Positions 36,604-50,643 of a DNA stretch of 64,000 nucleotides are shown piece by piece. The notes under the pieces were generated by a model, which worked only from the letters and a program-made list of their open reading frames with translations, was not told the DNA's origin and ran no database searches. The position numbers were made by a program, and so were the translations under genes. Where the stretch lies: positions 11,965,360-12,029,359 of the forward strand of contig NC_043019.1 in the NCBI RefSeq assembly GCF_006345805.1, read 5' to 3'. Origin of the DNA: Octopus sinensis. Its lineage: Eukaryota. The first letter of the stretch is position 1. The number at the start of each line of letters is the position of its first letter.

Positions 36604-39600
36604 ATGGTGAAGAGTCAGCGGGTGAGCTGCAAGATGCTGGAGGAAACAGTGAGAGAAAGTTGTGGTGAAAGAGTCAGCAGAAGTTCACCATTACCTTCTG
36701 GTGATGGACAGTTACATGAAACTCTGAGTTTGCTTCAATAAAATTGCACTTTATTCTACTTTTGATGTTTGAGTACTATTTTCTCCCTTTTGTTTTATAC
36801 CTATGTGCTTACTTGTGTGTGTATGAATATATACATATATACTGGCTTCTGTGCTGGTGGCATGTAAAAAGCACCATCTGAACATGGTCGATGCCAGTGC
36901 CGCCTTGACTGGCTTCTGTGCCGGTGGCACGTAAATAGCACCATCCGAATGTGACCGATGCCAGGACCGCCTTGACTGGCTTCCGTGCCAGTGGCACGTT
37001 AAAAGCACCAACCGATCGTGGCCGCTGCCAGGCTTCCCTGGCACGTAAAAAGCACCCACTACACTCATGGAGTGCTTGGCATTAGGAAGGGCATCCTGCT
37101 GTAGAATCACTGCCAGATCAGACTGGAGCCTGGTGCAGCCTTCTGGCTTCCCAGACCCCGGTCGAACCGTCCAACCCATGCTAGCACAGAAAACGGACGT
37201 TAAACGATGATGATGATGATAGGTTCTTTTATTCTTTTATCTGTTTCAGTCATTTGACTGCAGCCATGACAAATTGATCCCAGGACTTATTCTTTGTAAG
37301 CTAGTACTTATTCTATCGGTTTCTTTTGCTGAACCGCTAAGTTACAGGGACGTAAACACACCAATATATATCACTGTTAACTTGGTCACCTAAGTAACAG
37401 AAAATGTCTGCTACTTCTAAGGATGACCCCTGACATTTGAAGGAGTCTATATTTTGAACATTCCTGGTGTTTAATATACCTATTTCTTTATTACCCACAA
37501 GGGGCTAAACATAGAGGGGACAAACAAGGACAGACATAGGTATTAAGTCGATTACATCGACCCCAGTGCATAACTGGTACTTAATTTATCGACCCTGAAA
37601 GGATGAAAGGCAAAGTCGACCTAGGCGGAATTTGAACTCAGAACGTAACGGCAGACGAAATACCTATTTCTTTATTACCCACAAGGGGCTAAACACAGAG
37701 GGGACAAACAAGGACAGACATAGGTATTAAGTCGATTATATCGACCCCAGTGCGTAACTGGTACTTAATTTATCGACCCTGAAAGGATGAAAGGCAAAGT
37801 CGACCTCGGCGGAATTTGAACTCATAACGTATGACAGACGAAATACGGCTACGCATTTCACCCGGCGTGCTAACGTTTCTGCCAGCTCGCCGCCTTTGTT
37901 TAATATACCTGCACGTCTGCCTCATGTAAAACCTATTTTCTCTGTTAATCTTCCAGTGATGCCACTGTTTTCCTTTCAAGCTGGTGTATGGGGGTGGTGG
38001 GGTTGCAGGAGCTGGCAGAATTGTTAGCATGCTAGGTGAAATGCTGAGCAGTATTTCGTCTGCCGCTACGTTCCGAGTTCAAATTCCGCCAAGGTCGACT
38101 TTGCCTTTCATCCTTTCGGGGTCGATTAAATAAGTACCAGTTACACACTGGGGTCGATCTGATCGACTTAATCTGTTTGTCTGTCCTTGTTTGTCCTCTC
38201 TGTGTTTAGCCCCTTGTGGGTAGTAAAGAAATAGGTATTTTGTCTGCCATTTCATTCTGAGTTAAAATTCCGCTGAGGTCGAATTTGCCTTTCATCCTTT
38301 CGGGGTCGATAAATTAAGTACCAGTTACGCACTGGGGTCGATATAATCGACTTAATCTGTTTGTCTGTCCTTGTTTGTCCTCTCTATGTTTAGCCCCTTT
38401 GTGAGTAGTAAAGAAATTGGTAAAATGCTTAGCAGCATTTCTTTTGTCTATATGTTCTAAGTTCAAATTCTATTGAGGTTCACTTGGCCTTTCATCATTT
38501 TAGGGGTCGATAAAATAAGTACCAGTTGAGCAGTGGGGATTGATGAAATCGACTAACTCCCTCCCCTCAAATTACTGGCCTTGTGCCAAAATTTGAAACC
38601 ATTATTCAGCAGGTGTCTGGAGCTTAAATTAAAATGAAATTTTGATGGCAGGGGGCCTCAGTCAGATTTGTATCAAAAGGCTTAGAAGTCTTGGACTGAA
38701 AGCTGAAATAGTTAATTACAACCTGCTTAATTAACTCAAAGAAAAAAAAATCAATCACATCATTTTCAATGGCCTGGTCGCCATGACAACAGAAGATATG
38801 CATAGACATGACCATGTAAATTAGTATATCTTGAGGCTGTCACATCAAAACTGAATTTAATTTGTTAAAACCATGCACCTAACCTTGTTTTTGACAGTGA
38901 TGTGATTTTAATATTCTGGGACATGCCTGTTCAGCTTGATGAGGAAGTCAAAGTGAACTGCCCCACACACGGAAATTAAGGTCAGCAAGAAAACACTATG
39001 TACAACCATGAGTCAACAACCATCCTATACATGGTTGTTTGATCTGCTAAAGTTAGTGGCCAAATCTTTTGAATTGCATTCGAATGTCTTGAAAAAAAGA
39101 AGGATAAATTGAATAATAAAGTTTTTGATACGCTATGTCTGAAAAATAGATGAAAGGTTTCACCTGGAATGCTATTTGATCATAGGTATACCTGATAAAG
39201 ACTGACCTAGAACTAAGCAACAAATATATTCAGGTACATACACATACATATAGGCGCAGGAGTGGCTGTGTGGTAAGTAGCTTGCTTATCAACCACATGG
39301 TTCTGGGTTCAGTCCCCCTGTGTGACACCTTGGGCAAGTGTCTTCTGCTATAGCCTCGGGCCAACCAAAGCCTTGTGAGTGGATTTGGTAGACGGAAACT
39401 GAAAGAAGCCCATTGTGTGTGTGTGAGTGTGTGTGTGCGTGCATGTGTGCTTTTGTGTGTCTGTGTTTGTCCCACCACTATTGCTTGACAACCAGTGTTG
39501 GTGTGTTTACATCCCCGTAATTTAGCATTTCAGCAAAAGAGACCAATAGTATAAGTACTAGGCTTACAAAAGAATAAGTCCTGGGGTCAGTTTGTTCGAC

Positions 39601-39744
39601 TAAAGGCTGTGCTCCAGCATGGCCACAGTCAAAACGACTGAAACAAATAAAACAATAAAAGGGTCACACCATCACTGGAGAGTACCATGCCGACTTGCCG
39701 AGGCAGTTATGAATGGCTATCAAGACTATACCCCCACAAAAACT

Positions 39745-40075
39745 GACAAAAGGGGCCTTGTTTCATCAGGACAATACACCAGCAAGCAAATCCTAAGTTT
39801 TCAATGGCTGCTGGGTGTGAATGTGGCTTTGAACTGATTGATCATCCTCCTTAATCTCCTGATTTAGTCCCATCTGATTTAGACTATCGTCTGCTCTTCA
39901 ACATCAAAAAGCATTGGGCTGGGAACCCTTATTGCAGTGATGGTGACATCATATCTGCTGTTGATGACTTTTTTTGAGCCACAGGATGAAAGCTTTCTCA
40001 CCAATGGGATTCAAGCACTACAACACTGATAGCAGAACTGTGTGAAACGCAAGGGGAACTATATTGAAAAATAAA
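39745..40075 (+). mobile_element. Mariner transposase C-terminal fragment (disrupted)
   Basis: LFHQDNTPA...GFELIDHPP*SPDLVPSD...NGIQALQH...KGNYIEK*. Confidence 0.85.
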
Positions 40076-40287
40076 CCTCATTTACCCACATTCCATTAGA
40101 CCACCAGATAAGAGATCAGGAGACCCTGTCAAAGGCTTTCTCCATGTCAACGAAATATATATATATATAGGCACAGGAATGGCTGTGTGGTAAGTAGCTT
40201 GTTTACCAACCACATGGTTCCGGGTTCAGCCTATTAACTTTTCAGCTGACCTTCGTATGCATGCATTCATACATACATACATGCATG

Positions 40288-40319
<32 letters not shown>

Positions 40320-40598
40320 CATACATACATATATATATATTCCGAAACACGGAATAAGTCGAAGTAGGGGCAGCTGAAGAAGGGGAATGTTCCTTGTGTT
40401 GTATGTCTTGTACTGTGTTTTTTTCGATGTTTGAAAAAGTCTGTTTCCATGTTTTGTTTTTATGTTTTCATTTCTCGTTGTGTTCTACGTCTTTTTTGTG
40501 GTGTCCTGTACTCATATATGCATGTATATATATACATATAGATGTAGGCATGTACATATATGTATGTATGTATGCATATGTTTTATTTATTTAATTGT

Positions 40599-40638
<40 letters not shown>

Positions 40639-40969
40639 TTTAAACTTGTTTATGAGAGATGTTTGGAATATGCAAATACAGCTCCAATTTCATTATGCTG
40701 GTCACAGTCTAATGATGCTGACTGGTGAACTAGTTTTTTGGGATTGCATTGAACTGTACCGATATAATGTGGGATAAATATAGTAATAATCATAATCATC
40801 ATCATCATCATCATCATCATCATTTAGCGTCCGCTTTCCATGCTAGCATGGGTTGGACGGTTCAACTGGGGTCTGTGAAGCTGGGAGGCTTCGTCAGGTC
40901 CAGTCTGATCTGGCAGTGTTTCTACGGCTGGATGCCCTTCCTAACGCCAACCACTCCGTGAGTGTAGTG

Positions 40970-41380
40970 GGTGCTTTTTACGTGCCACCCGCACAGGTGC
41001 CAGACAGAGCTGGCAAACGGCCACGAACGGATGGTGCTTTTACGTGTCACCGGCACGGGGCCAGGCGATGCTGGCAACGGACACGAACGGATGGTGCTTT
41101 TACGTGCCACCGACACGGGGCCAGACAGAGCTGGCAAACGGCCACGAACGGATGGTGCTTTTACGTGTCACCAGCACGGGGCCAGGCAATGCTGGCAACG
41201 GACACGAACGGATGGTGCTTTTACGTGCCACCGACACGGGGCCAGACAGAGCTGGCAAACGGCCACGAACGGATGGTGCTTTTACGTGTCACCAGCACGG
41301 GGCCAGGCGAAGCTGGCAACGGACACGAACGGATGGTGCTTTTACGTGTCACCGACATGGGGGCCAGACAGAGCTGGCAA
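40970..41380. repeat. Alternating 61/60-bp minisatellite within an RTE 3' UTR
   Basis: Units start at ~40970, 41033, 41093, 41154, 41214, 41275 and 41335, alternating types A and B. Confidence 0.9.
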
Positions 41381-42049
41381 GTAATAATAATAATAATAAT
41401 AATCGTTGGATGGAATTTATAAACATTTAATGTGTCGCAGTATTGGTCAGACTATCAGATGTTGTACATTGTTGGTGACAATGTGCTTTGCATTGTTTTA
41501 ACCTGTAAATGATGGCACTCTGAAAAGGTGTCAAAAGAATCTCCATTGTTTGTTCATTCTCGAGTCATACCTGGCTCATAAGGGCCGGTTTTCCCGGTTT
41601 CTTGGCGTATAGGTTCCCCACCTGGATGGGACGCCGGTCCGTCACAGGTGAGCTGCAAGATGCAGGAGGAAAGAGTGAGAGAAAGTTGTGGCGAAAGTGT
41701 CAGCAGAAGTTTCGCCATTACCTTCTGCTGGAGCCGCGTGGAGCTTAGGTGTTTCGCTTATAAACACACACATCACCTGGTCTGAGATTCGAACCCGCGA
41801 TCCCTCGACCGCAAGTCTGCTGCTCTAACCACTAGGCCATGTGCCTCCACAAAAAATGGACGAAATTACGTTTAAGATTTTGCCAGCCATGCTAACGATT
41901 CTGCCAGCTCGCTGGCCCACCAAAAAGAATTTCCATACGGTGTACCAAGTGCAAGCTGAGGACTCATAAGAGGTGTAGCAGCATCACTGGGAGACTAACA
42001 AGGAAAGTAGTCTTTACATGTGGTAGACGTGCAGTTACATTAAACATGA

Positions 42050-43095
42050 AGAATGTACGAAACAAGACTCCCTCAAATGTCAGGAGATATCCTTAGAAGT
42101 AATAGACAGTTTCTGTTACTTAGGTGACCAAGTTATTAGTTGGGGGAAGTTGTTCCAAAAGCATAGAATAAGAAGAGGCAGGGCAAAGTTCAGAGCATTA
42201 CTACCTCTCTTAGAAACGAAGGGCCTCAGAGTGAAGGGCAGATTGTATGATGCATGTGTACAAACAGCTATGCTACATGGCAGTGAGACACGGGCTGTGA
42301 CTACTGAGGATACGCAAAAGTTTGGAAGAAATGAAGCCTGTATGATTCACTGGATGGATAATGTCAGTGTGTATATATGACAGAGTGTAGTGACTTGAGA
42401 GAAAAACTGGGTATAGAAGGTAGTGTGCAAGAGAGAAGACTGCACTGGTGTGGCCATGTAATGCATATGAATGAAGACAGCTGCATCAAGAGATTCAAAT
42501 TTCTAATTGTGTAGGGAACATGTGGAAGGGGTAGACCCAGGAACAACCACCACCACCACCATCATCATCACCATCCTCGTTGTCTATCCTCTATGTTCAG
42601 CCCCTTGTGGGCAATAAAGAAATAAGAAGGCATGCAGATAGTTCCTTACATCTGTTTCCAGAATAGTTGTGCATATAGTGTATATCGGTTCATTTTTTAG
42701 CAAATGAAGAAAAAGTGGTGGGAAAGGATCTTCAGAAGTTGAGTCTCACAGAGGGGATGACAGGGGATTGAGGCTCCTGGCAGTTTGCTGTGTTTGAGAA
42801 GGCGTGTCAAGCTAAGTAAAATTGTGGCCGTCTTTGCATACGAGTATGTCCCCTGCATCCCTCTTCAGCTGACTGAACCTAATCTTGCAAGCTCATGGGT
42901 GCTGGGACCATACTGGTGCCATCTAAAAGTACCTAGTACACTCTGTAAAGTGGTTGGCATTAGGAAGGGCATTCAGCCATAGAGACCATGCCAAAACAGA
43001 CATGTAGCCCCGGGCAGCTCTTCAACTGGTCAGCTTCTGTCAAACTGTAACCAATCCATGCCTGTATGGAAAACAGATATTAATGATGATGATGA
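42050..43095 (+). mobile_element. 5'-truncated RTE LINE of the same family, with internal insertion
   Basis: LEVIDSFCYLGDQ, KFRALLPLL, VKGRLYDACV..AMLHGSET, GRGRPR, then the same 3' UTR and (GAT)n tail. Confidence 0.85.
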
Positions 43096-43277
43096 TATAT
43101 ATGTATGCGTCTGTGTGTGTGAGTGTGTGTGTGTATACACACAGACACACACATGCATACATATACACATACATACATCCATACATGCACACGCCCACAT
43201 ATATATACATATTGTCTCCTGCTGTAATTAGATAAATATTTATTTGACAAGGGGGTAATTAAATGAAATGTAAGTCA

Positions 43278-43344
<67 letters not shown>

Positions 43345-43679
43345 CAGATAATAAAGCAGGAGTCGGTAAAACAATAAAGATAACCAACAATTCTCAAAGT
43401 GACAAGTACCAGACACCTCCCCGACCATACAGAAACTCCTAAAAATTTGTGAAATGTTTTTGTCCTCCCCACAACACACCTTCTTTATTAATGCAAAGAT
43501 AAATGGGTCTACATTCATAGAATTCTTCTCTTTCCAATGCCATAGTGTTAGAGAAGATTAATTATTATGTTCAAACTACCTTAATGTTAATTAAACATGG
43601 TAACTTATATGCTTCCTGCTTTGTCCCATATTGCCCCTATTGCCATTTTTTTAATTATTACTGGCCACCTGCTCTGAAA

Positions 43680-44018
43680 AACATCATCATTATAATCATC
43701 GTCATAATCATCGTTATTAGCTTTACCATCATCAACCACCACCACCACCATCATCATCATCATCCTTGTTGTCGTTTTAATTATTGTTGTTGTTGTCGTT
43801 GTCATCACTGTCATTGTCATCATCACCATCATCATTGTCATCATCATCATCATCATTATCGTCACCCTCATCACCCTAATTTCTCATTATTATCAGCGTC
43901 ATTATCATCACATCATCATTGTCATCATCATCATCATCATTGTCATTATCATCATCATCATCGTCATCGTCGTCGTCGTCGTCATCATCATCATCATCAT
44001 CATCATCACAATCACCAT
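43680..44018. repeat. Degenerate (CAT)n/(CAC)n/(CGT)n trinucleotide tract
   Basis: Direct reading. It produces the spurious His-rich ORF. Confidence 0.9.
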
Positions 44019-44994
44019 TGAATTTACATGTCTAAACATAGTTATAGATCTGTTTACAATAGAGTTGTTATAACAAATTGGAGTGCATGGTAGAACTAAG
44101 GGAACAAAAAGGCATGCAGTTAGTTCCTTACATCTGTTTCCAGAATAGTTGTACATATAGTGTATATGGGTTTATTTTTCAGCAAACGAAGATAAACATT
44201 TAAGCATTTCAATTGTTAGCTAATATATAGGAATGTTTATCTTCCCCATAAGCACTATGGTTACATATATTCAGGTAACAGCTGTAAAAGACTATTAACA
44301 CACCTTCTTACTCCTACTTTATTTCTATGATACACTCTATTGTGTTCTAACAATACTATTATAACAGCTTCACAACTATGTTTAGATATATGAATTCCAT
44401 GTTCTAAACTGACACCAGTTGTTTGTCTGTTCAGTCTTTCTTTCTAAAGCAGACACTGCAACATAGAAATTTTCTTTTAACCCTTTCGTTACCAACTTGG
44501 CTGAAACCGGCTCTGGCTCTGAGTTCAAATGTCTTGTTTTCATAAGTTTTAAATTAAAACCTTCCACTAAACCTTAGTCACAATTTATGTTCCTAACACT
44601 AGCTGAATGATAACTAAGTTATTTTACTAAATTCTTTGTTATAGTTAAAGTAATTGAAAGAAACACAGAGCATCTCAACAGAAATACAGTAACAAAAGGA
44701 TTAATGTGATGGAGATTAAACCAGTGAAATTTTGGATTTATTAATCCTTAATGACGATATCCTTGAATTGACTGGCTACACACACACACATACACACATA
44801 CATTTGAAAAAATGAATTAAAATGGCTTTTCTGATAATTTTTCCTCTTTAATAATTGGATGTTTATAAGTTTTTGTAAACTAATAAACATCTAATTATTA
44901 AAGTGGAAAAATTATCAGAAAAGCCATTTCTATTTATTTTTGTAAATACACAATACTGTACCAAGGATTATCAAGGCTTTTCTATTTCTTATTC

Positions 44995-45067
<73 letters not shown>

Positions 45068-45619
45068 ATATATATTTTTACTTGTTTCAGTCATTTGACT
45101 GTGGCCATGCTGGAGCACCGTCTTTAGTCGAGCAACTCGACCCCGGGACTTATTCTTTTGTAAGCCCAGTACTTATTCTATCGGTCTCTTTTGCCAAACC
45201 GCTAAGTGACGGGGACGTAAACACACCAGCATCGGTTGTCAAGGGGGACAAACACACACACACACACACATATATACGACAGGCTTCTTTCAGTTTCCGT
45301 CTACCAAATCCACTCACAAGGCATTGGTCGGCCCGGGGCTATAGCAGAAGACACTTGCCCAAGATGCTACGCAGTGGGACTGAACCCGGAACCATGTGGT
45401 TGGTAAGCAAGCTACTTACCACACAGCCACTCCCGCGCCTATATATATTATATATATATATATTAGGAGTGACTGTGTGGTAAGTAGCTTGCTTACCAAC
45501 CACATGGTTCCGGGTTCAGTCCACTGCGTGGCACCTGGTGGGCAAGCGTCTTCTACTATAGCCTCGGGCCGACAGCCTTGTGAGTGGATTTGGTAGACGG
45601 AAACTGAAAGAAACCCGTC

Positions 45620-45694
<75 letters not shown>

Positions 45695-48076
45695 TGTGTG
45701 AGTGTGAGTATTTGTCCCCCCCAACATCGCTTGACAACCGATGCTGATGTGTTTACGTCCCCGTAACTTAGCGGTTCAGCAAAAGAGGCTGATAGAATAA
45801 GTACCTGGTTTACAAAGAATAAGTCCAGGGGTTGATTTGTTCGACTAAAGGCAGTGCTCCAGCATGTCCACAGTCAAATGACTGAAACAAGTAAAATAGT
45901 AAAGAGAGTAAAGAGTAATATATATATATATATATCTTTTTCTCTCTTTTACTTGTTTCAGTCATTTGACTGCGGCCATGCTGGAGCACTGCCTTTTAGT
46001 CGAGCAAATCGACCCCGGGACTTATTCTTTGTAAGCCCAGTACTTATTCTATTGGTCTCTTTTGCCGAACCGCTAAGTGACGGGAACGTAAACACACCAG
46101 GAGGACAAACACAGACACACATATATATATACATATATACGACAGGCTTCTTTCAGTTTCCGTCTACCAAATCCACTCACAAGGCATTGGTCGGCCCGGG
46201 GCTATAGCAGAAGACACTTACCCAAGATGCCACGCAGTGGGACTGAACCCGCAACCATGTGGTTGGTTAGCAAGCTACTTACCACAGAGCCGCACACACA
46301 CACACACACACACACAATTGCCTTTTTTCAGTTTCTGTCTACCACATCCACTCACTAGGCTTTGATTTCCAAGATTTACATCTTATAAATTTTATAAATC
46401 AAAGCCTAGTGTAACATTGGTTGGCCCAGGGATAGAGTAGGTACTTTCTTTGGGTTCAGCTCTACAGCATGGGACTGAACCCAGAACCATATGCCATACC
46501 TGCATCTAACTTACATATATTATATTTTATAAGTTAGTTGTCTAACTTTCATTGGTCCAGGCCTATAGCAAAAGGCACTTCCCTAACCATAGGGCTAAAA
46601 AACAAGTTCCTTAACCATACAGGCATGCATCTAGCTTATATATATATATTTTTTATAAATCAGTTGTTTAACTTCACACCAGCAAATAATGTTGAAAATT
46701 ATTTATGTATCTTTGGAGACAAGAGTATTTACTCACCAGTCACTGCTGTCAGTAAGTTCAGCAGTGAACAAATGCAAAACACACATACAAAATTATTGAT
46801 TTAATACAGATGTACTTGGCATAAAACTGATTTATTTCCGACACAGGAAAAATGTCTCATGTTATAGAAATTGTAGAGAAACAATATGATTACATGGTGC
46901 TAGTGCATTTCTCAAATGAAATAATCTTTTCTTCTATAGGCATGAGGCCTGGAATGTTGGGGGAGGGGACTTGTTGATTATATTGATTCCAGTGCTGGAC
47001 TGGTTCTTATTTTATGGACCTCAAAAAGATGACAGGCAAAACTGACCTTGGCAGAATTTGAACTCTGAACATAAAAACAGACGAAATACCTATTTCTTTA
47101 CTACCCACAAGGGGCTAAACACAGAGAAGACAAACAAGGACAGACAAATGGATTAAGTCGATTATATCGACCCCAGTGCGTAACTGGTACTTAATTTATC
47201 GACCCCAAAAGGATGAAAGGCAAAGTTGACCTCGGCGAAATTTGAACTCAGAACGTAACGGCAGATGAAATACTGCTAAGCATTTTGCTCGGCATGCCCA
47301 CGATTCTGCCAGCTTGCTTCCTTCTCAAATGAAATAAAGATTTGTATGACTCTTCCAGGATACATTGAGTGCCATTCTAAGCGTCCTCGTATAACAACCA
47401 CCCAACTGTTTCTTCAATGCTTTAGTGAACATTCATGTTTCAGCCCTGTATAGAAGAACAGACTCCACTGTTGCCAGAAACAACCTCACTTTCAATTTCC
47501 TTGAAAATACAATATGTTAGTTTCAAATTTTGGCACAAGGCTAGCAATTTTAGGGAGCGGGTGAGTTGATTAAATCGACCCCAATGTTCAATTGAAACTT
47601 ATTTTATTTACCCCAAAAGGATGAAAGGTAAAGTTGACCTTGATGGAATTTAAACTCAGAATGTAAATGTGGACTAAATGCCACCAAGCATTTTGTTTGG
47701 CATCTAATGATTTTACCAGCTTGCTGCCTTATGAAAATATAATATACTAAACAGACAGTATACAAACATAAATTATTGATTGATCCAAGGAGATACCTGG
47801 CGTAGAAATAAAACTTATTGATTTTTTTTGAACCAGGTATAAATACAGGTGTGGCTGTTTAAATTAAGAATTTTGTTTTACAGTCACATGGTTTCAGATT
47901 CTGTCCCTCCGTGCGACATGTTTCTTGTGCCACATGGCACAGGTGTTGTCTATGTATATAACTTCGTGCTAACCTTCTGAGTGAAATTTCATAGTGAGAA
48001 GCTCTACAGAAATATATGTATTTATTCACACACACACACACAGATATATGTATGTGTATGTGTGTGTATGTATGTC

Positions 48077-48131
<55 letters not shown>

Positions 48132-48151
48132 CATACACATATATGTGTATG

Positions 48152-48183
<32 letters not shown>

Positions 48184-48333
48184 TATATATATATACATAC
48201 ACATATATGTGTATGTATATATATATATATATATATATTGGTGTTAGGAAGGGCATCCAGCCGTAGAAACACTGCCAAATCTGACTGGGCCTGATGAAGC
48301 GGACGCTAAATGATGATGATGATATATATATAT

Positions 48334-48380
<47 letters not shown>

Positions 48381-48568
48381 TATACATACATACATACATA
48401 CATGCATATATATGTAGATTGGAGCCTGGTGCCGCCATCTGGTTCGTCAGCCCACTGTCAAAATCGTCCAACCCATGTTTGCATGGAAAGCGGACATTAA
48501 ATGATGATGATGATGATGATGGACTCTTTCAAACACATATTGCAAAAAGCATTATTACCCTAATATAG

Positions 48569-48887
48569 CATTCCAGTATTGATAATAGACTAAGTAATAC
48601 TTCTGGTATGCTATTATTCTTTTGGTTATGCATGTGGTTAGCTAGTGAGGTAGACTTATTTCGTTTAGAAAAAGTAAATGAACAAAGGTGAGCTAAATAT
48701 CATTGCTTAATGTTTATGGTGGTACCAATGTATATATTAATGGAATTCTGTTCTTTGTTAAGGACATTGCATTTCTAGGGGCAATTATCATGTATCCTAA
48801 AGTTGCATATCTTCCTATTGGATGTGCTTCTGCAATGTTTATTATTTGTAGTCTTATTGGTTTTAAATTTTGGCCCAAGGCCAGCAA
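48569..48887 (+). other. Candidate coding exon pair of an unidentified membrane protein
   Basis: ...GMLLFFWLCMWLASE|gtagac (48649/50) and ttctttgttaag|DIAFLGAIIMYPKVAYLPIGCASAMFIICSLIGFKFWPKAS|gtaatg join in phase 0. No homology recognised. Confidence 0.3.
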
Positions 48888-49285
48888 GTAATGTTGTGAG
48901 TTCAAGTTCTTGGACCGTGAAGCATATTATGTCTTTGAGCAAGGCAGTTGAGTGGACTGGAGCAACTGGAGTGAAGTAAGTGCTTTGCCCAAGAACATGA
49001 TGCACCCCACCCCTATATCTTTTACTTGTTTCACTCATCAGACTGTGACCATGCTGGGGCACTGCCAGTTTGAATGTAAAACAGAATATTATGGGCTGGA
49101 TATGGCCGGTTCAAACGTTAAGGGGATATACGATAGTATCTCACATATGTACTATACAGAGTGGAAAAATTTCAATTAACTGTCATTATCCCTGTCATTG
49201 GTGGACAAAAGCTCCCTTTAGTGGATGGTTAGAGTCTAAAAACAAAAAGCAAAGGATATAATATTTGATTATTGATTATTTTCAG

Positions 49286-49666
49286 ATGGAAGCACGTCGG
49301 TTACGACGATGAGGGTTCCGGTTGATCCGAATCAACGGAACAGCCTGCTCGTGAAATTAACGTGTAAGTGGCTGAGCACTCCACAGACACGTGCACCCTT
49401 AACGTAGTTCTCGGGGATATTCAGCATGACACAGAGAGTGACAAGGCCGGCCCCTTGAAATACAGGTACAACAGAAACAGGAAGTAAGAGTGAGAGAAAG
49501 TTGTGGTGAAAGAGTACAGCAGGGATCACCACCATCCCTGCCAGAGCCTCGTGGAGCTTTAGGTGTTTTCGCTCAATAAACACTCACAACGCCCGGTCTG
49601 GGAATCGAAACCGCGATCCTATGACCGCGAGTCCACTGCCCTAACCACTGGGCCATTGTGCCTCCT
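49286..49666 (-). mobile_element. tRNA-derived SINE family C (two tail variants)
   Basis: Head tggcc(c/t)agtggttag..gactcgcggtc..ggtt(t)cga(t/a)tc. Copies at ~7570-7810, 14615-14907, 24725-24988, 33865-34155, 41555-41850 and 59781-60073 (12-bp TSD). Confidence 0.85.
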
Positions 49667-50643
49667 ATTTTCAGATAGAGCAGCCATCACTTGCCAATGA
49701 GTATGACTTAGTAACATATACTATGTGTTTATGCTCCTTGCTCACCATCTTTGTTTCCTCATAACTTACAGAAATACTCTTTTACTTGTTTCAGTCATGT
49801 GACTGTGGTCATGCTGGAGCACCACCGTTAGTCGAGCAAATTGACCCCAAGACTTATTCTTTGTAAGCTTTGTACTTATTCTTTTGGTCTCTTTTGCTGA
49901 ACCGCTAAGTTATGGGGACGTAAATACACCAGCATCGGTTGTCAAGCGATGTTAGGGGCACAAACACACACACACATATATATACATATATACGACGGGC
50001 TTCTTTCAGTTTCCGTCTACCATATCCACTCACAAGGCTTTGGTCAGCCCGAAGCTATAGTAGAAGACACTTGCCTAAGGTGCCATGCAGTGGGACTGAA
50101 CTCGGAACCATGTGGTTGGTAAGCATGCTACTTACCACACAACCACTCCTACGCCTAAAATAAGAAATTTAAAAATGAAATTTTCTACAAACTTCTGTAA
50201 GACAGTGTAGACTATGATTATATAGATTATGATTATGTAAATTACGATTATACCAGAATTTGTCGACAAAAATTTTTAGAGGTGGTGAGTCAGAGAAATT
50301 TTGGATAATTCACAGGAAATGATTTTGTTTCCTCAAAACTTTTTGAAAAATGGGCAGTTTTTAATGAAATTTTCTCCAAATATCTTTCAGATGGCGTAGA
50401 TTTCAATTATGTCATAATTTAATGTGATATAAAAAAAACAAAAAACTTTTGGACGAATAGACATACATGCTGATACACATCACAATTTTTTTTTTATAAA
50501 ACTTCAAATTTCATTTTATAAATATATACGTGATGTGTGTCAGTGTGTATGTGTGCACGCTAAGAAATTTTATTTTTCCCCATTAAATTCCCACATTATC
50601 TGAAAGGCATTTGTAGTAAATTTCATAAAAAAAAAAATCACAA

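Noticed and set aside
40341-40400. CTGAAGA-AGGGG..TCCTT as a hammerhead
   Set aside because: No downstream GAAA, stem III or stem I. At most a remnant.
40970-41380. CRISPR-like regular repeats (also 6734-7045)
   Set aside because: No unique spacers, eukaryotic context and no cas genes. These are minisatellites.
43545-44021. His/Cys-rich 158-aa ORF
   Set aside because: Arises from a degenerate (CAT)n tract, with no ATG start or splice support.
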